A stretch of DNA of 64,000 bases from the human T2T-CHM13v2.0 reference genome, Homo sapiens (GCF_009914755.1 NC_060932.1); one strand, 5' to 3'; counted from the stretch's first letter, positions 1 through 12,527 are shown. Notes: generated by a model not told the origin, from the letters alone. Translations and numbers: made by a program.

Positions 1-530
1 ATTTTACTTAGTGGTGGCATTTTAGGCACTTTCACTGAAGGAAGAACGGATTTTCATTGAGAGATGTGAAACCCACATTGAAACTGGTTCATTTGGCTGC
101 CTGAGAAGGTGGAGGCTGTGGTGGTGGTGACGATGGTGGAGAAGTGGAACCAGGAGGAGGAGGCTGGATGCGGCACCAAGGCAGTGCCTGTCGCTGGGCC
201 TGCACCCAGCCTGGTCGATGTGAGATGCTCCCTGCCTCCTGCACTGTGGGTGCCAACCCTCCTCCATGCATGGCCGAGATGCCCCTGCCCACTGCACTGC
301 AGTGACCCCTCAGGTAGAGCCTTCATCCCCTCTCCTCCCACATGTAAGGAGCAGAGGCCTAGGAGGGGTGCATTCCCCAGGTGGAGAGCAGGCCTGGCAT
401 GGGCTCGGGGGACTGGGCTCCTGTGACCTTGGTCATCTCACTTGATCGTGCCCCAGGCTCCTTGTTGTAAAGCGGGGACAATAATGGACCCACCATCCAG
501 GACTGTCCTGAGGGCAAAGTGGCTAAGCCC

Positions 531-921
531 GACCACAGTCCAAACATGTCCCCAAACCTCCATGTGCTGGAAGCTTAATTGCCAAAATAACAGTATAGAG
601 AGGTGGGCCTTTATGAGTTGACCTGGGCATGAGGGCAGAGGCCTTGTGAGTGGATTAGAGCCTTTATCTCGGGGTGAGTTCTCACGAGAGCAGGTTGTTC
701 TGCGAGCAAGCTGGGCTGACTCTTGTGGTCTCTGTCACGCGCACTTGCTTCCCCTCCCACTTTCCTGCTGTGTTTGAAGACAGTGTGAAAGCCTGTCTAG
801 AAGCTGCTGCCCTGCCCTTGGACTTCCCGGCATCCAGAACCCGAGCCAAAAAAAGTTCATTTTTAAAAAAATTACCCAGTCTCAGGGATTCTGTTATTGC
901 AACAGAAAATGAACTTAGACG
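531..921 (+). mobile_element. MaLR solo LTR, MST family (MSTD-like)
   Basis: Matches MST LTR hallmarks: tgtccccaaa..catgtgctggaagcttaat near the start, cttggacttcccggcatccagaac, and aattacccagtctcagggattctgttattgcaacagaaaatgaacttagac at the end. Confidence 0.85.
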
Positions 922-974
922 TATGCTTACAACACACAGCATAGTGCTTGCCATGAAGGAACACCTGTTAAATA

Positions 975-2110
975 AATAATAGTGGTTGGTGGGTGGGTGC
1001 GGTTGTCATGAGTGTCCTTGTCAGGGCTGGTGTGGGTTGTTAGAGCAGCCGTCAGGATTGCTGCTGCCAGTGCTGTGCTCTTGTCAGAGTTGATGTCACT
1101 GTTGTCAGGGTTGCCATTGTCAGGGCTGTTGGTGATGATGCTGGGAGGGTTGCTGGCCCCAGAATTGCTGCTGCTGTTGTTGCTGTCAGCATTGCCATGA
1201 GCGTTGCTGCCTATGTTGATATTGGTGGTGTTATCATGGTGGCTGTTGCCCATGTTGTTGGTGGTACTTGGGTTGGTGTTAACGTGCTGTGGTTGATGTG
1301 TCACTGTTAGTGTGGATGTCAGTGTGGTTGGCATGCTGGTGTCCATGTTGCTGTTATTAGTGGTGATGTCAGTGTTGCTGGTGTGCTGTGGTTGGTGCAT
1401 TGCTGTTAATGTGTGTGTGAGTGTTGCTGCTGGTGTGTTGTGGTTGGTGCCTTGTTGTTAGTGTCTGTGTGAGTTGCTGGTGTGTTGTAGTTAGTGTGCT
1501 ATTAGCACCTGTGTGGGTGTTGCTGGTGTGTTGTTGTCAGTGTTGTTGTGTGTTGCTGCCAGTGCTGGTGTCAATGCTGTTATCAGTGTTGTTGTGTGTT
1601 GCCATGCCATGGTTAGTTGTGTTCTAGTCCATGTGCTGTGGTTGGGGCTGGCATTGCTGGTGTTGGCATTGGTGTTGTTGGGGTTGGGGTTGGTGGTGGT
1701 GGTGGTGGTGTGGTGTTGTTGGTGTTAGTGTTGGTGTTCTGATGTGGTGTTGGTGGTGTTGGTGTTGGTGGTGTTGTTGGTGTGGTGGTGTTGGTGTGGT
1801 GTTGTTGGTGTTGGTGTTGGTGGTGTTGGTGTTGGTGTGGTGTTGTTGGTGTTGGTGTGGTGTTGGTGTTGGTGGTGTTGGTGTTGTTGGTGCTGGTGTT
1901 GTTGGTGTTGGTGTGGTGTTCGTTGGTGTTGGTGGTGTTGGTGTTGGTGTTGGTGTCGTGTTGGTGTTGTGTTGGTGTGGTGTTCTCAGGGCTGTTGTCC
2001 GTGTGTTGCTGTCGGTATCACTGTAGTTGATGTCATCAGTGCTGCTGCTGGTGCTGGTGTCGGTGAGGCTATTGGTGTGCTGTGGTCAGTGTGACTGCGG
2101 TCAGCATGTT
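975..2110. repeat. Low-complexity G/T-rich tract with a near-pure (GGTGTT/TGG)n core at ~1640-1985
   Basis: Seen directly. Flanks are degenerate (TGY/TGG) and the core is purer. Confidence 0.9.
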
Positions 2111-4549
2111 TGCCTGAACTGGACTGCATCTGGTGCAAGGAAGATGTCCCCAGTGTCCACGGTGTCTCCTGGGTAGCTGGACCCTCCCTGTGCCCTGTGT
2201 ACTGGTGGAAGCATCAAGCATTATTCTCTTTTTAAGGATGAGGAAACAGAAACAGAACAAGTCTCCGTGGCTCCTCCACAGTCACACAGCAAGTGGGTGC
2301 AGAGCTGGGAGCACAACCTGGGCACCTGGTCCATGGCTTGGCACTGGGTCTGCTTGCCACAGGGGGACAATTGACTCCCTGCCTTCCCAGCTGCTATCTT
2401 AATGACACATATTTCATGGAGAATTGTAGATGGATAGCTTGGGCATTCTTTCCAGAGAAGCTGTCAGTTCAGATTAGGCTCCAAGGGGTGACTGCACAGT
2501 TGGTAGATGTCACATAAAAATGATAATAACTTTTGCATTTCTGAGGACATCCATTATGTCGAGAGAAGTGGGCAAGGGCCCTTCAGAACTGGGTGGTGAC
2601 CTATCTGTCATGCCCCCCTGTTCTCCATCTGTACAGAATGAGGGTGCTAGGGTCAGAGTCTCATCACATGCTGGTATGGGCTGGTGACACAGGAAAGAAG
2701 GTGGCTTGGATTCTATTGGCTGTGGTGTCTTCTTCTCAAGGCTGGCAGGGTAGAGTGAGCTGGAAGTGACTTTTCCTGGGATTCCTCCTCACTGTGGCTG
2801 GGCTGAGGCTTGTGGGAGGAGAGGTTAGGCAAGGAAGACACACTTCCCAGGGGTCAAGTGCTCAGCTCCTTGGCTTTAGTGCTGTCTCAGTCCCTGGGCC
2901 ACTTTTGGCATCCGAAACCCTTGCTGATGTCTGCCCTGTTCCATCCCAACCTCCAGACATAAGGAGACACTCCCCCTCTTGTTTATCCAAAGTAATAGCG
3001 AATATATACGATTTTATAGAAAAAGATGCTACACTTATTTAGTCATTCTACAAACACATATTGACTCCGAAGTTAACATACATGAGTAGAACATTTTGCA
3101 GAGAAGTGTCAGTGAAGGCTTCCCTGAAGGTGACCTGTAGGGAGGGAGTGGAGGGTGAAGAGGGGTGATGCAGGCAGTGGGCAGAGCACTTTGGGGGCCC
3201 CAAGCTGCAGAAGAATGGCTCCTTCCATAGCTGGCAGGCCTGTGCAGTGGGGCAGAGGCTTCCAGGGGGAGAAGATGGGGGATGGAGGGGTGGGGTGGAT
3301 TCTCACCTCCAAGGTCAAAGTCATCACGACTTGAGCAGCAGAGACCAGACAGTGCTCCCTGTGGCCTGGCCTCCTGTCCTCAACTCCCCGGAGCCTCTCT
3401 TTCCTGTGCCTGCTGCCAGCAGGCCATGTAGAGGCCATAAGCCCCAGATGGAGGTGGCAGCCCATCCTCTCCTCCAGGGGTGTAAAGCAGAGGAAATGCA
3501 GCGTCTGTAGAAGACACTTGGCATGCTGTCCACTGCCCTGCAGGACTGAGCCACTCACCACCGCTGCAGGGAGTGCCGCAGGTGACTGCTCACAGCTGCC
3601 CATCTCCAAGCATTGCCAGGGGCCAAGCTACATCCAATGACTCTTTCTGGCCAAAGGCCCTGGTCTCAATTTGGGATGAGTCTGCATGGCTGTTGCAGCC
3701 CCAAAGCTCCCCATGGGATGGGCCGAGGCCTCTGGCAAATGTACCAGAACTTGACTTCTCCCTCAGCCTGGTCCTGTCTCTCCCTGGCTCACAGTCATTG
3801 CTCCAGAGTGCACTCTGCTATAAAGCCCCTGCACACAAATCTGTCTCAGAAGCCTTCTAGGGAGCCCAATCTAAGACATCCATTTGGGGGCAAACCACAG
3901 AGGCCTCAGCAGAAGGGAGCACTGGGATTGGTGTGGGGTAGGCAGGCTCAGCAACAATGGCCGGCGCTTTGTTGGTGGACTGAACCACGGGCGGCTGAGA
4001 CGGGAAGGGGTGAAGATTTGTGGCAGGAGGGTGTGCGGCAGAACACCAGAGGTGCAGTGGCCCACGCCCTGCTGCTGAGTTGCACTACAGGTGCGTAGGT
4101 GCACAGACCAGCAAGAAAGGCTGCCAACCAGGGGCAAAGGGTGGGTGTGTCCAGGCCACCACCAGAAGCCCACAGAGTCTCTCATCAATGCAAAGGATGA
4201 TCCTGACATCTCTATGTCTCCTAGGTTATTTCAGCAGAGTGGAGGACCCCTGAGGATTGAGGGCTGACAATCTCCCAAGAGTAAAGAGTGAAGAGTGTGT
4301 GGCACCAATGCAACCAGTGCCTGGATGAGAGGACATTCCTGCAGGAGATGTGAGAGGCCCAGCCCAGAGTGAAATGACAACTGGTGATTTGAAAGGTGGT
4401 GATAGAGGTGATGATAGCTCAGTCCTTCAACTATTTGTTGAGAATATGGTCTATGCCAAGATGTGTCAAGTCCTGGGAACATAATGGTGGAACTGATCTT
4501 TCTGATAATAACTGTGGTCATGTTGAAGTTAGTGACCCAATAAAAGTGT

Positions 4550-5885
4550 TCCTGGTGATATTGATTTGATGATGGTGATAGTGGTGGTGGTAGCGATGAT
4601 AACGATGGTGGTGATGGTGGTAATGTGATGGTGGCAATGGTGGTGGTAGTAATGGTGATGATGAGTGATGATAGGATGGTAGTGGTGGTGATGATGATGG
4701 TGGTGATGGTGATGATGGTGGTGGTGATAGTGGTGGTAGGATGGTGATGGTAGGACAGTGGTGGTGGTGATGATGGTGGTGGTGGTGATGATTATAATGG
4801 TGGTGGTAACAGTGGCAATAGGATGGTGGTGGTGATGGTGGTGGTGGTGTGTGGTGATGATGGTGATGACAGTGATGGTAGGATGGTGGTTGTGGTGATG
4901 ATGGTGGTGGTGATAGTAATAATGGTGGTGGTAATCATGGTAATAGGATGGTGGTGATGGTGATGATGGTGGTGGTAATCGTGGTAATAGAATGATGGTG
5001 GCAAGATGGTGATGGTGGTGGTGATGATGGCAATGGTGGTGGTGGTGGTGGTGGTGATGATGGTGGTGATAGTGATAACGGTGGTGGTAATGGTGGTAAT
5101 AGGATGGTGGTGGTGATGGTGGTGGTGGTGTGTGGTGGTGATGGTGCTGACAGTGATGGTAGGATGGTGGTGGTAGAATGGTGGTAGTGGTGATGATGGT
5201 GGTGGTAATCATGGTAATAGGATGGTGGTGGTGGTGGTGATGATGGTGATGGTGATAATCATGGTAATAGGATGGTGGTGGTGGTGGTGATGACGGTGAT
5301 GGTAGGATGGTGGTGGTGATGATGGTGGTGGTGAGGGTGATGATGGTGGTGGTATTGTGGTAATAGGATGGTGGTGGTAAGATGGTGGTGAGGGTGATGA
5401 TGGTGGTGGTGATGGTGGTGTGTGGTGGTGATGGTGATGATGGTGATGGTAGGATGGTGGTGGTGATGATGGTGGTGATGAGGGTGATGATGGTGGTGGT
5501 ATTGTGGTAATAGGGTGGTGGTGGTAGGATGGTGGTGGTGATGATGGTGGTGGTAATCATGGTAATAGGATGGTGGAGGTAGGATGGTGGTGGTGGTGGT
5601 GAAGATGGCGATGGTGGTGGTGGTGTGTGGTGGTGATGGTGACGACAGTGGTGGTAGAATAGTGGTGGTGGTGATGATGGTGGTGGTAATCATGGTAATA
5701 GGATGGTGGTGGTGGTGGTGATGATGGTGATGGTGATGGTGGTGGTGATGGTGATGACGGTGATGGTAGGATGGTGGTGGTGATGATGGTGGTGGTGAGG
5801 GTGATGATGGTGGTGGTATTGTGGTAATAGGATGGTGGTGGTAGTATGGTGGTGGTGGTGGTAACAGTAGGCATGGTGGTGATTA
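4550..5885. repeat. Imperfect (TGG/TGA)n trinucleotide-based tandem repeat, ~1.3 kb, with higher-order units
   Basis: Seen directly. The block gagggtgatgatggtggtggtattgtggtaatag recurs near 5331, 5478 and 5795. Confidence 0.95.
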
Positions 5886-5959
5886 CTATATAACGATGAT
5901 AACGTTCTTGTGGAGGTGACTGTGTCGATGACACACTTGTGTGTCTGATGCCAAGTGCT

Positions 5960-6250
5960 CCCTGGACTTCTGTTTGCTCCTGGGCTCTTTTCCATCCCAG
6001 CTCTTCACCAGAGGGAGTTTTCATTTCCTGAGAGGGCGGCTGCTCTGATTGCATCAGTGACAAATGGAAGCTCGGGGAGTAGGAGGTAGGAGGATGGAAA
6101 TCCTTATCTATTAATTGGTATTCAGCCTCTCCGGCCCCCTCTGGTAATGACCCTTCCAGTCTCTGCCGTTATCTCAGTGCCTCTTTGTTTACTGCTAAGT
6201 TGAGCTTAATCGGGCCATTAGCTCAGGCGCAATGTGGAGCCTCTCAGTCA
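5960..6250. promoter_or_regulatory. Candidate enhancer / conserved non-coding element
   Basis: Non-repetitive island with ATTGCATCA (6048-6056), CTTATCT (6103-6109), TTAATTGG (6111-6118), TGTTTAC (6186-6192) and TAAT-N6-ATTA (6207-6220). Motif evidence only. Confidence 0.3.
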
Positions 6251-8876
6251 GGATCCACTGGGAGAATGTCAGTGTCTCTGAGCAAAAGGAGGTGGTGGGG
6301 GGTGGGAAGAGGGGTGTCCAAGAGATCCCTCAGTGGTACCGGCAGAAGCTGGATCTGATGCTGAGGGTCAGCCACATGCACCAGGAATGGTAGTTGAGGG
6401 TGCTCTCTGCAATGTCCAGTGTCCAGGGCATGGACCGGAGGACTGAGACACACATAGACCCTCGCGTTCAGAGGTGACCCACAAGGATGGCCACCCCAGG
6501 CCTAGGGAGACCAGCAGTCATTGCTAAAGGGCTTGTTTCCAGACTCAGGAGCAAGGGATGAGAGTTAGGGCTGTAAAGGGAAAGGCTCTGCAGGGCTGGG
6601 AGCCAGAGAGATGGCCAAACTGGGATCCCCTGGGTGGACTGTGCAGGATGGTCCTAAGAGGAGGGCACATGGAACGTGGGTCCTGGAGCCATTATGAGAG
6701 CAACACCCCCACAGGGAAGTGTGAACTGCACACAGGGACCCTGTTCCTTAGGAGTGGGAGACACCACTCCTGGTTGGGGGGCGTGGCGGGGTGGCTGAGG
6801 GATCTGGATCTGATACTGGGTGTGATCTTCCAGCCGGAGAACAGTTAAAGGACAATTCTCATACTGCTGGAGGCAGCCAGCCCACATTGTCACCACAGCC
6901 AGGAGGATGGTGCCACCAAAGCCCCAGGGGTGGTGTCACGGGGCCATGCTAATGTGCAGGGGCTCAGCCTCACCCCCAGAGAGGCAGGTGAAGTACGGGG
7001 TTGCACCCCGATGTGTGTGGGGGCCAAAGCCACGCAGGTTCTCACCAGGTCCCTTTGTAGAATTCGTGTCTGGGTTTCCTTTTGGGACTGCCTATGCCCT
7101 CTTTTCATGCAAGCAAGTGCAGAGGCTGGGCCTGGGTGGCCTCCTGTTGGGAGAGTCCCCTTTCCCAGGGCGCCCACGTGGAACCCAGGAGGAAGCCTGG
7201 GGAATGCTGGCTTGCTTGGTTTTGCTGGGACTGCAGGGCACCATGTTGTTGTCCTTTGGTTTGACTCACCGTCAGAATAGCCACATCCCCAGGGCAGCCC
7301 AGCATGTCCCTTGCCAGGCTCCAGGAGTCGTGGTTGCTCACACGTGGCCCAGTCCTCCGAGGTTTGGGGCGGATGCCCCTGGCTTTTAATAGCGTGAGCA
7401 TTTGCATGGGAAACTGAGGCAGGGCTGATGACGCAGGGATTTTGAGCTGATGTTAGCGTGATCTTCCAGCCTGTGACTAGTTAAAGGACAATTCTTAGAC
7501 TGTGGGAGGCAGAGTGGATTCTCTATGCACGGACAACGTTATGAAAGCACAAAGCACATCTACACACTTTATCCTGCTGGATACAAAGCAGGAAGCAGCC
7601 TGCAGGCTGAGGCGGGACAGAGGCTGGGTGAATGAGCAAGGAGCACCCGAGAGAGGCTCGGCAGGGTCTCACTCCCCTGCTCTCAGACCCAGGCCGCTCA
7701 CCCTGATGCTAACCACGCAGGCCACCCAGCTGAAAATGTGCCCAGGGATGGCCCAGAGTTTCCAGTCTGAGGGGCTTGGGTTCCAACCCCAGCTCCATTT
7801 CTGTGACCTGTATCCACATATTCACACATGAGCAAACATTAGGGGAGCGCTGCTGTGTACCGGCCATGAGCTGAGCCTGGCACGGCATGGTGAGGAAGCC
7901 GGCATGGCTCCTGCCCTGGCAGGGTGGAAGTCCAGCGGGGACAGTGGTAAAGCAGGTGAGCGAGGATGTGGTTGTGCAGTTGCTCATGGCGATAGCAGCA
8001 TCAAAAGAGATGGTGCAGAGAGCTCTGGGAAGGGCTCTCCCAGGAGGGAGATTCCTGCCAGGCAGGGGAAAGGCAGGAAGTTGCTGGCTGAGTGGGGCCC
8101 AGCAGTCTATGGCCTGCGACAGATGCCACCCCTTATGCAGTGGGTGGAGCAGGTGGACGGTGGCTGCCCAATAGAGCCAGTGGGGGGCAAATGAGACCTG
8201 CCCATGCTCTGTTGGTCCCAGCTCCGTCACAGTCTCGGCTCAACGCAGACAACGGTTCCTTCCTTCCTTCCTACTGCATCGCCCATCTGGCGAACCTGCC
8301 TTGATGAAAGGTGACTTGAAGGTGGTAATGCCTTAACCCACAGGGAGGAGCGGGTAACGATGGCGTTCCATCCAGTGTTGCCAGTGCCAATGTGGGGCCG
8401 CAAGGGGTGGCGCTTGGCCCCACCGCAGCCGCTGTTGCTCCAGAGGGCAGTCCTCAGCCCAGAAGGCTGGATTGAGTCTGGGAGACCCCAAAGAGCCGTG
8501 GGCAGCCGGCAGAAGCAGGAGGCCTGGGGAAAGGGACAGCTGTGCATTGGATTCCAGTGGCTGCGGCAGGACGCAGGAGGAAACCCTCACTTGTATGGGA
8601 AGCGCCAGGGGCAGCTGTCATTGCAGAGAATGAATTGTCAAGGAAACAGCCCTGTCCTGTCACATGGCAGAGGGAGGGCACCGTCAGTTGTTGTAAGCAC
8701 AGGGAATTGGACTGGAAAGAAGTGCTGGACAAGCTTTTGTGCTGTCATTGTCACCTTTGTCGTCACTGCTATCACCATTTTCAGTCACCAAATGGCCCCT
8801 GGACTGTCACTGTCACCACAAAAGCCAGCCGTAGCTATGCTGTTATTATTACCACCTTTCCTGTATTCCATACTTT

Positions 8877-9466
8877 CCATCTACCCATCCATCCATCCAT
8901 CCACCTGTTCACCTATCCACCCATCCACCTGTTCATCCATCCATCCATCTAACTGTTCACCCACCCATCCAGCCATCCACCTATCCACCCATCCATTCAT
9001 CCAACCACCTGTTCACCCACCCATATTTCCACCCATCCATCCATCTATCCATCCATCCACCTGTTCACCTATCCACCCATCCATCCATCCACCCACCCAC
9101 TCATCCATCCACCTATCCACCCCATCCATCCATCCATCCATCCATCCATCTATCCATCCATCCATCCATCCACCCACCCACCCACCTGTTCATCTATCCA
9201 CTCATCCACCCATCCATCCACCTGTTCAACCACCCATTCATCCACCCATCCATCCTTCCACCTGTTCACCCACCCATCCATCCACCCATCCAACCATTCA
9301 TCCATCCACCCATCTATCCATCCACCCATCCATCCACCTGTTCACTCACCCACCCATCCATCCATTCACCCATCCATCCACCCACTCATCCATCCACTCA
9401 TCTGTCCAGCCATCTATCACTCCATCTGTCCATCCATAGGTCCATCTTCCCATCTATCCATCCATC
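8877..9466. repeat. Imperfect (CCAT/CCAC)n tetranucleotide repeat with a recurring CCACCTGTTCA interruption
   Basis: Seen directly. Confidence 0.95.
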
Positions 9467-9469
9467 AGG

Positions 9470-10010
9470 ACCCTCTCTGAGCACTCCATCTCTGACTCTG
9501 TGGCTGGCACTAGAATAGGTGCTGGTTACACTGTGAGCCAAACAAGGTCCCCAGCTCTGGTGGGGCTCACAGTCCCCTGGGGTAGACTTTGACAGAGAAG
9601 ATACAAGTGAGGTCTCTCAACAAGATGATTCAGAGGGTGACGAGTACTTCACGAAACTGCACAAAACCCAGAGTGAAGGGTGGGGTGGGTGCCCGTGCAG
9701 GCAGGGTGGTCGGCACAGCCTCTCCAGGCATGCCATTGAGCTGAGACCCGGAGAGTGGGAAGGTTTCAAGAAGGAGCCTTCCAGGAATGGGAAACAGCAG
9801 GAGAAGGGACCTCAGGTGAAGGGGACAGATGGTGTGGGGTGTGAGGCATGGATGGGCCAGTGGGGCTGAAACCAGCAAGGGGGACAGTGGTAGCCAAGGA
9901 GCTGACTCAGCCAAGCTAGCAGGGACCGGGGCTGTGGGTGTGCAGGGGGCTCATGGACCATGGGAACAGGGGTGCTTCTAAGTGTGATGGGATGCCTCTG
10001 AGGGGCTTAG
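9470..10010 (-). mobile_element. LINE-2 3' fragment
   Basis: L2 antisense pattern: gagcact..ggcactagaataggtgctgg..ggtccccagctctggtggggctcacagtc..gagccttccaggaatgggaaacagc..tctaagtgtgatgggatgcctctgagggg. Confidence 0.7.
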
Positions 10011-10149
10011 CTTAACAAGAAAAATACTGACAACAATAAGCTCCAGAAAGCCGGAAAGGGTTTTATGACAAACCCTCATGTTCCTGCCTCCCCAAGTGAA
10101 AAATCCCTTCCGGGAGGCAGCCCACCGTCATGAATGAGGGAGTAATTAG

Positions 10150-11420
10150 TCCACGTTTTAGACCTCTTCTGCATAGGACCTCCATAAACAATATGTTCTA
10201 TTGTACTGTGTGTTTAAGAATTTACATAAATGGGATTATGGTATAAGTAATGTATTACAATTTCTCTTTTTACTCAACATTTTATTTTTAAGATCCATCC
10301 ATGGTGACAATCTAAGTCTATTTTATATGTTTTTAAGTTCTGTAGTGTATTCCATCATGTGAAAATATTTAAATGTATGTATTCATTTCCATTCTGATGG
10401 GCATTTGGCTTGTTTCCAGTGTTTTCTATTACAAATAAAGTCATGGTGAAAATAGCCGTCATCTATTAGGCTCATTGCTTGTCACCGGCTGTTCTAGTAA
10501 TTTTATATACATCCTCTCACGGAACTCACCTAATGACATTTGAGGGGGAAGTGCCCATTTTCCAATTAAGGAAACTGAGGCACAGAGAAAGCACATGGCC
10601 TGCCTAGGGTGATCAGCTGGGAGACACCCTGGGAGGCCCGTCCTGGGGTTTGGGGCCTTGGCTCTGATGCCATGCCACCTTGCATCCCTGACTTCTATAG
10701 GGCACATGCGTGAGAGGGAATGTGCAGGGTCTAGACTCACCTGTTCTCAACTCGATTTCCCTAGATGGTCTCCCAAAGGATCATGTTCTAAATTGCTCAC
10801 ATCAACAGTGTGTGCAACTTTTTATGCTTGGAATTGTCAATCTTCTAGATGCTTACCATTCTGATGGATGTGGAATGATATTCTAGGGAATATTGACATA
10901 AGCATCACATGTTAGTGAACATGTTCTCCTACCTATTCATGATGTAGATTTCCTCTTTGGGGAGTTGCCTGTTCAGATGCTTTGCATGTTTTTTCTTTGG
11001 GTTGTCACCTTATTGGTTTGTAGATACTCTTTATATATTATGGCTATCAATCCATTATTTGCTGCATGTTGCAAAAATCTGCCTCACAAAGTCACTTATC
11101 TTTTAATTACGTTTATGGGCCTTTTTCATACAGAAGTTACAAATTTTGATAATTCAAACTGATCATTTTTCTCTTTATGTCTTTAATTTTAAAACCCTTT
11201 TTTTACCCTGAGATCATAGAAAAGTTTTCTGTGCTTTAATTGGTTAAACGTGTTTTATCACATTTGGATCACACCTGGATTTTTCTTTTCTTCCATGTGC
11301 ACAGTCAACTACTCAAGTGCGACTCACACTTGGGCATTAAATTGAAGATGATATGGGCAGTTGCGAACATTCTCCTTTTACTCCTCACTAATGGAAATGC
11401 TTCTAAAGTTTCATCAGTAA
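10150..11420 (-). mobile_element. Old L1 (L1ME-like) 3' fragments, interrupted by a MIR
   Basis: tttacataaatgggat..ttactcaacatt..agatccatccatg..gatgggcatttggcttgtttccag. Resumes after ~10690 with tgatggatgtggaatgata and gcctgttcagatgctttgc. Confidence 0.75.
10470..10680 (-). mobile_element. MIR SINE
   Basis: Core cccattttccaattaaggaaactgaggcacagaga. Confidence 0.75.
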
Positions 11421-11759
11421 GCGTGGGGCTTCCTGTAGGTTAAGCCAGAAATTCTAAGCACCGTCGTCACCGCTGTCAACATCGTGAAAATGCTTTCTAA
11501 GTATCCATGTGGCCTGGACTCCTAGGGCTCTGAGCCTTCTTGCATGAAGCCCACCCAAGCAGGAGACTGCAGCCCAGGCCCAGGGGTACAGAAGGGATGG
11601 GCAAGGGGGCTTAAAAGATGAGGCTAAACCCAGAGGGGTGAGTGTGGCACAACCTGGGGGTGAGTGTGGCAGAGAGGGAAGGCCTGTGTCCACGGGGAGA
11701 GGGCAGAGGGTGGAGACCTGCCCGTGCTGGCACATGAGGAGAGAGGAGGGCAGTGAACA

Positions 11760-11940
11760 GCATAAATCTGGGGCTAAGTCTGCCTCCTGCCTCTGCTACT
11801 AACAGTCAGCCTCACACAAGTTACTTGGCCTCCTCAGGCCTCCGTTTCCTCCTGCGTAAAATGGGGCACGCAGCAGCTCCTTCCCAGCATCCTTCGAGGA
11901 CTGAGTTAAGTGCTGTGAGCAGAGCCTGGTGCAGGGTGTG
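11760..11940 (+). mobile_element. MIR SINE
   Basis: Core caagttacttggcctcctcaggcctccgtttcctcctgcgtaaaatgggg. Confidence 0.75.
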
Positions 11941-12310
11941 GGCCGGGCCGGGTGCTGCTGCTGCTGCTGCCGCTGCCGACTCAGTTGCTGCGGGTGGCAG
12001 GTGTGGCTGTGATTGGTGTTGAGGTAAACGCGGCTGCAGCACCGTCCATCCTGTATGCCCCGGTTGACCCAGTCTAAGGCATTCAGGCCCTGCCACAGGT
12101 CCCAGATGTGTCAGGACATTGGTAGAGGAGAGCTGGGAGGACTCCAGGGCTGTGCCTGCCCTCCTGGCATGCTGAGCACCAGCGCAGAGCCCCGGACCTG
12201 ACAGCGCTGCTGATGGACATGGCTGGGGGCCAGCCTGCCTGGGTTCGATCTGAGTCACTGAGCCATCCGTTCCAGGATTCCACAGATGGTGAGGAAAGAG
12301 GCCTTCGGGG

Positions 12311-12527
12311 TAGGGTTTCCACATGAAAACAGGAGGCCCAGCTAAATTTTAATCTCAGCTAAATAGTGAACACTAATTTTTTTAGCATAAGTATGTCCCA
12401 ATTATTGCACCAGACATACATGTCCTAAAAACATGTTGTTTATATGGAATTCAAGTTTGGATGAATTGAAATGTACCTACGTTTAGCTGGTGCTCAATAT
12501 CTTTTAGTTACTAAATATGGGGCCCTA
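12311..12527. mobile_element. MER53 (hAT-type palindromic MITE)
   Basis: Termini TAGGG...CCCTA, internal tttagcataagtatgtcccaa typical of MER53, and a degenerate 8-bp TSD (cttcgggg 12303-12310 / tttggggg 12528-12535). Confidence 0.85.
12368..12439 (-). ncRNA. MIR1302-7: miR-1302 family hairpin (mir-1302-7-like), mature sequence at 12381-12401
   Basis: The reverse complement of 12381-12401 is UUGGGACAUACUUAUGCUAAA, the mature miR-1302. The 72-nt minus-strand sequence ACAACAUGUUUUUAGGACAUG...UUAGUGUUC matches the mir-1302-7 precursor as recalled. The miR-1302 family is known to derive from MER53. Confidence 0.8.

Noticed and set aside
927-2094. Val/Trp/Cys- and Asn/Thr-rich ORFs
   Set aside because: Products of the G/T low-complexity tract.
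4529-6063. 343-aa and overlapping His/Thr/Pro-rich ORFs
   Set aside because: Translations of the (TGG/TGA)n repeat; no domain or gene structure.
8360-9439. 359-aa ORF, the longest in the window
   Set aside because: The C-terminal half is the (CCAT)n repeat (PSIH)n and the N-terminal half has no recognisable homology.
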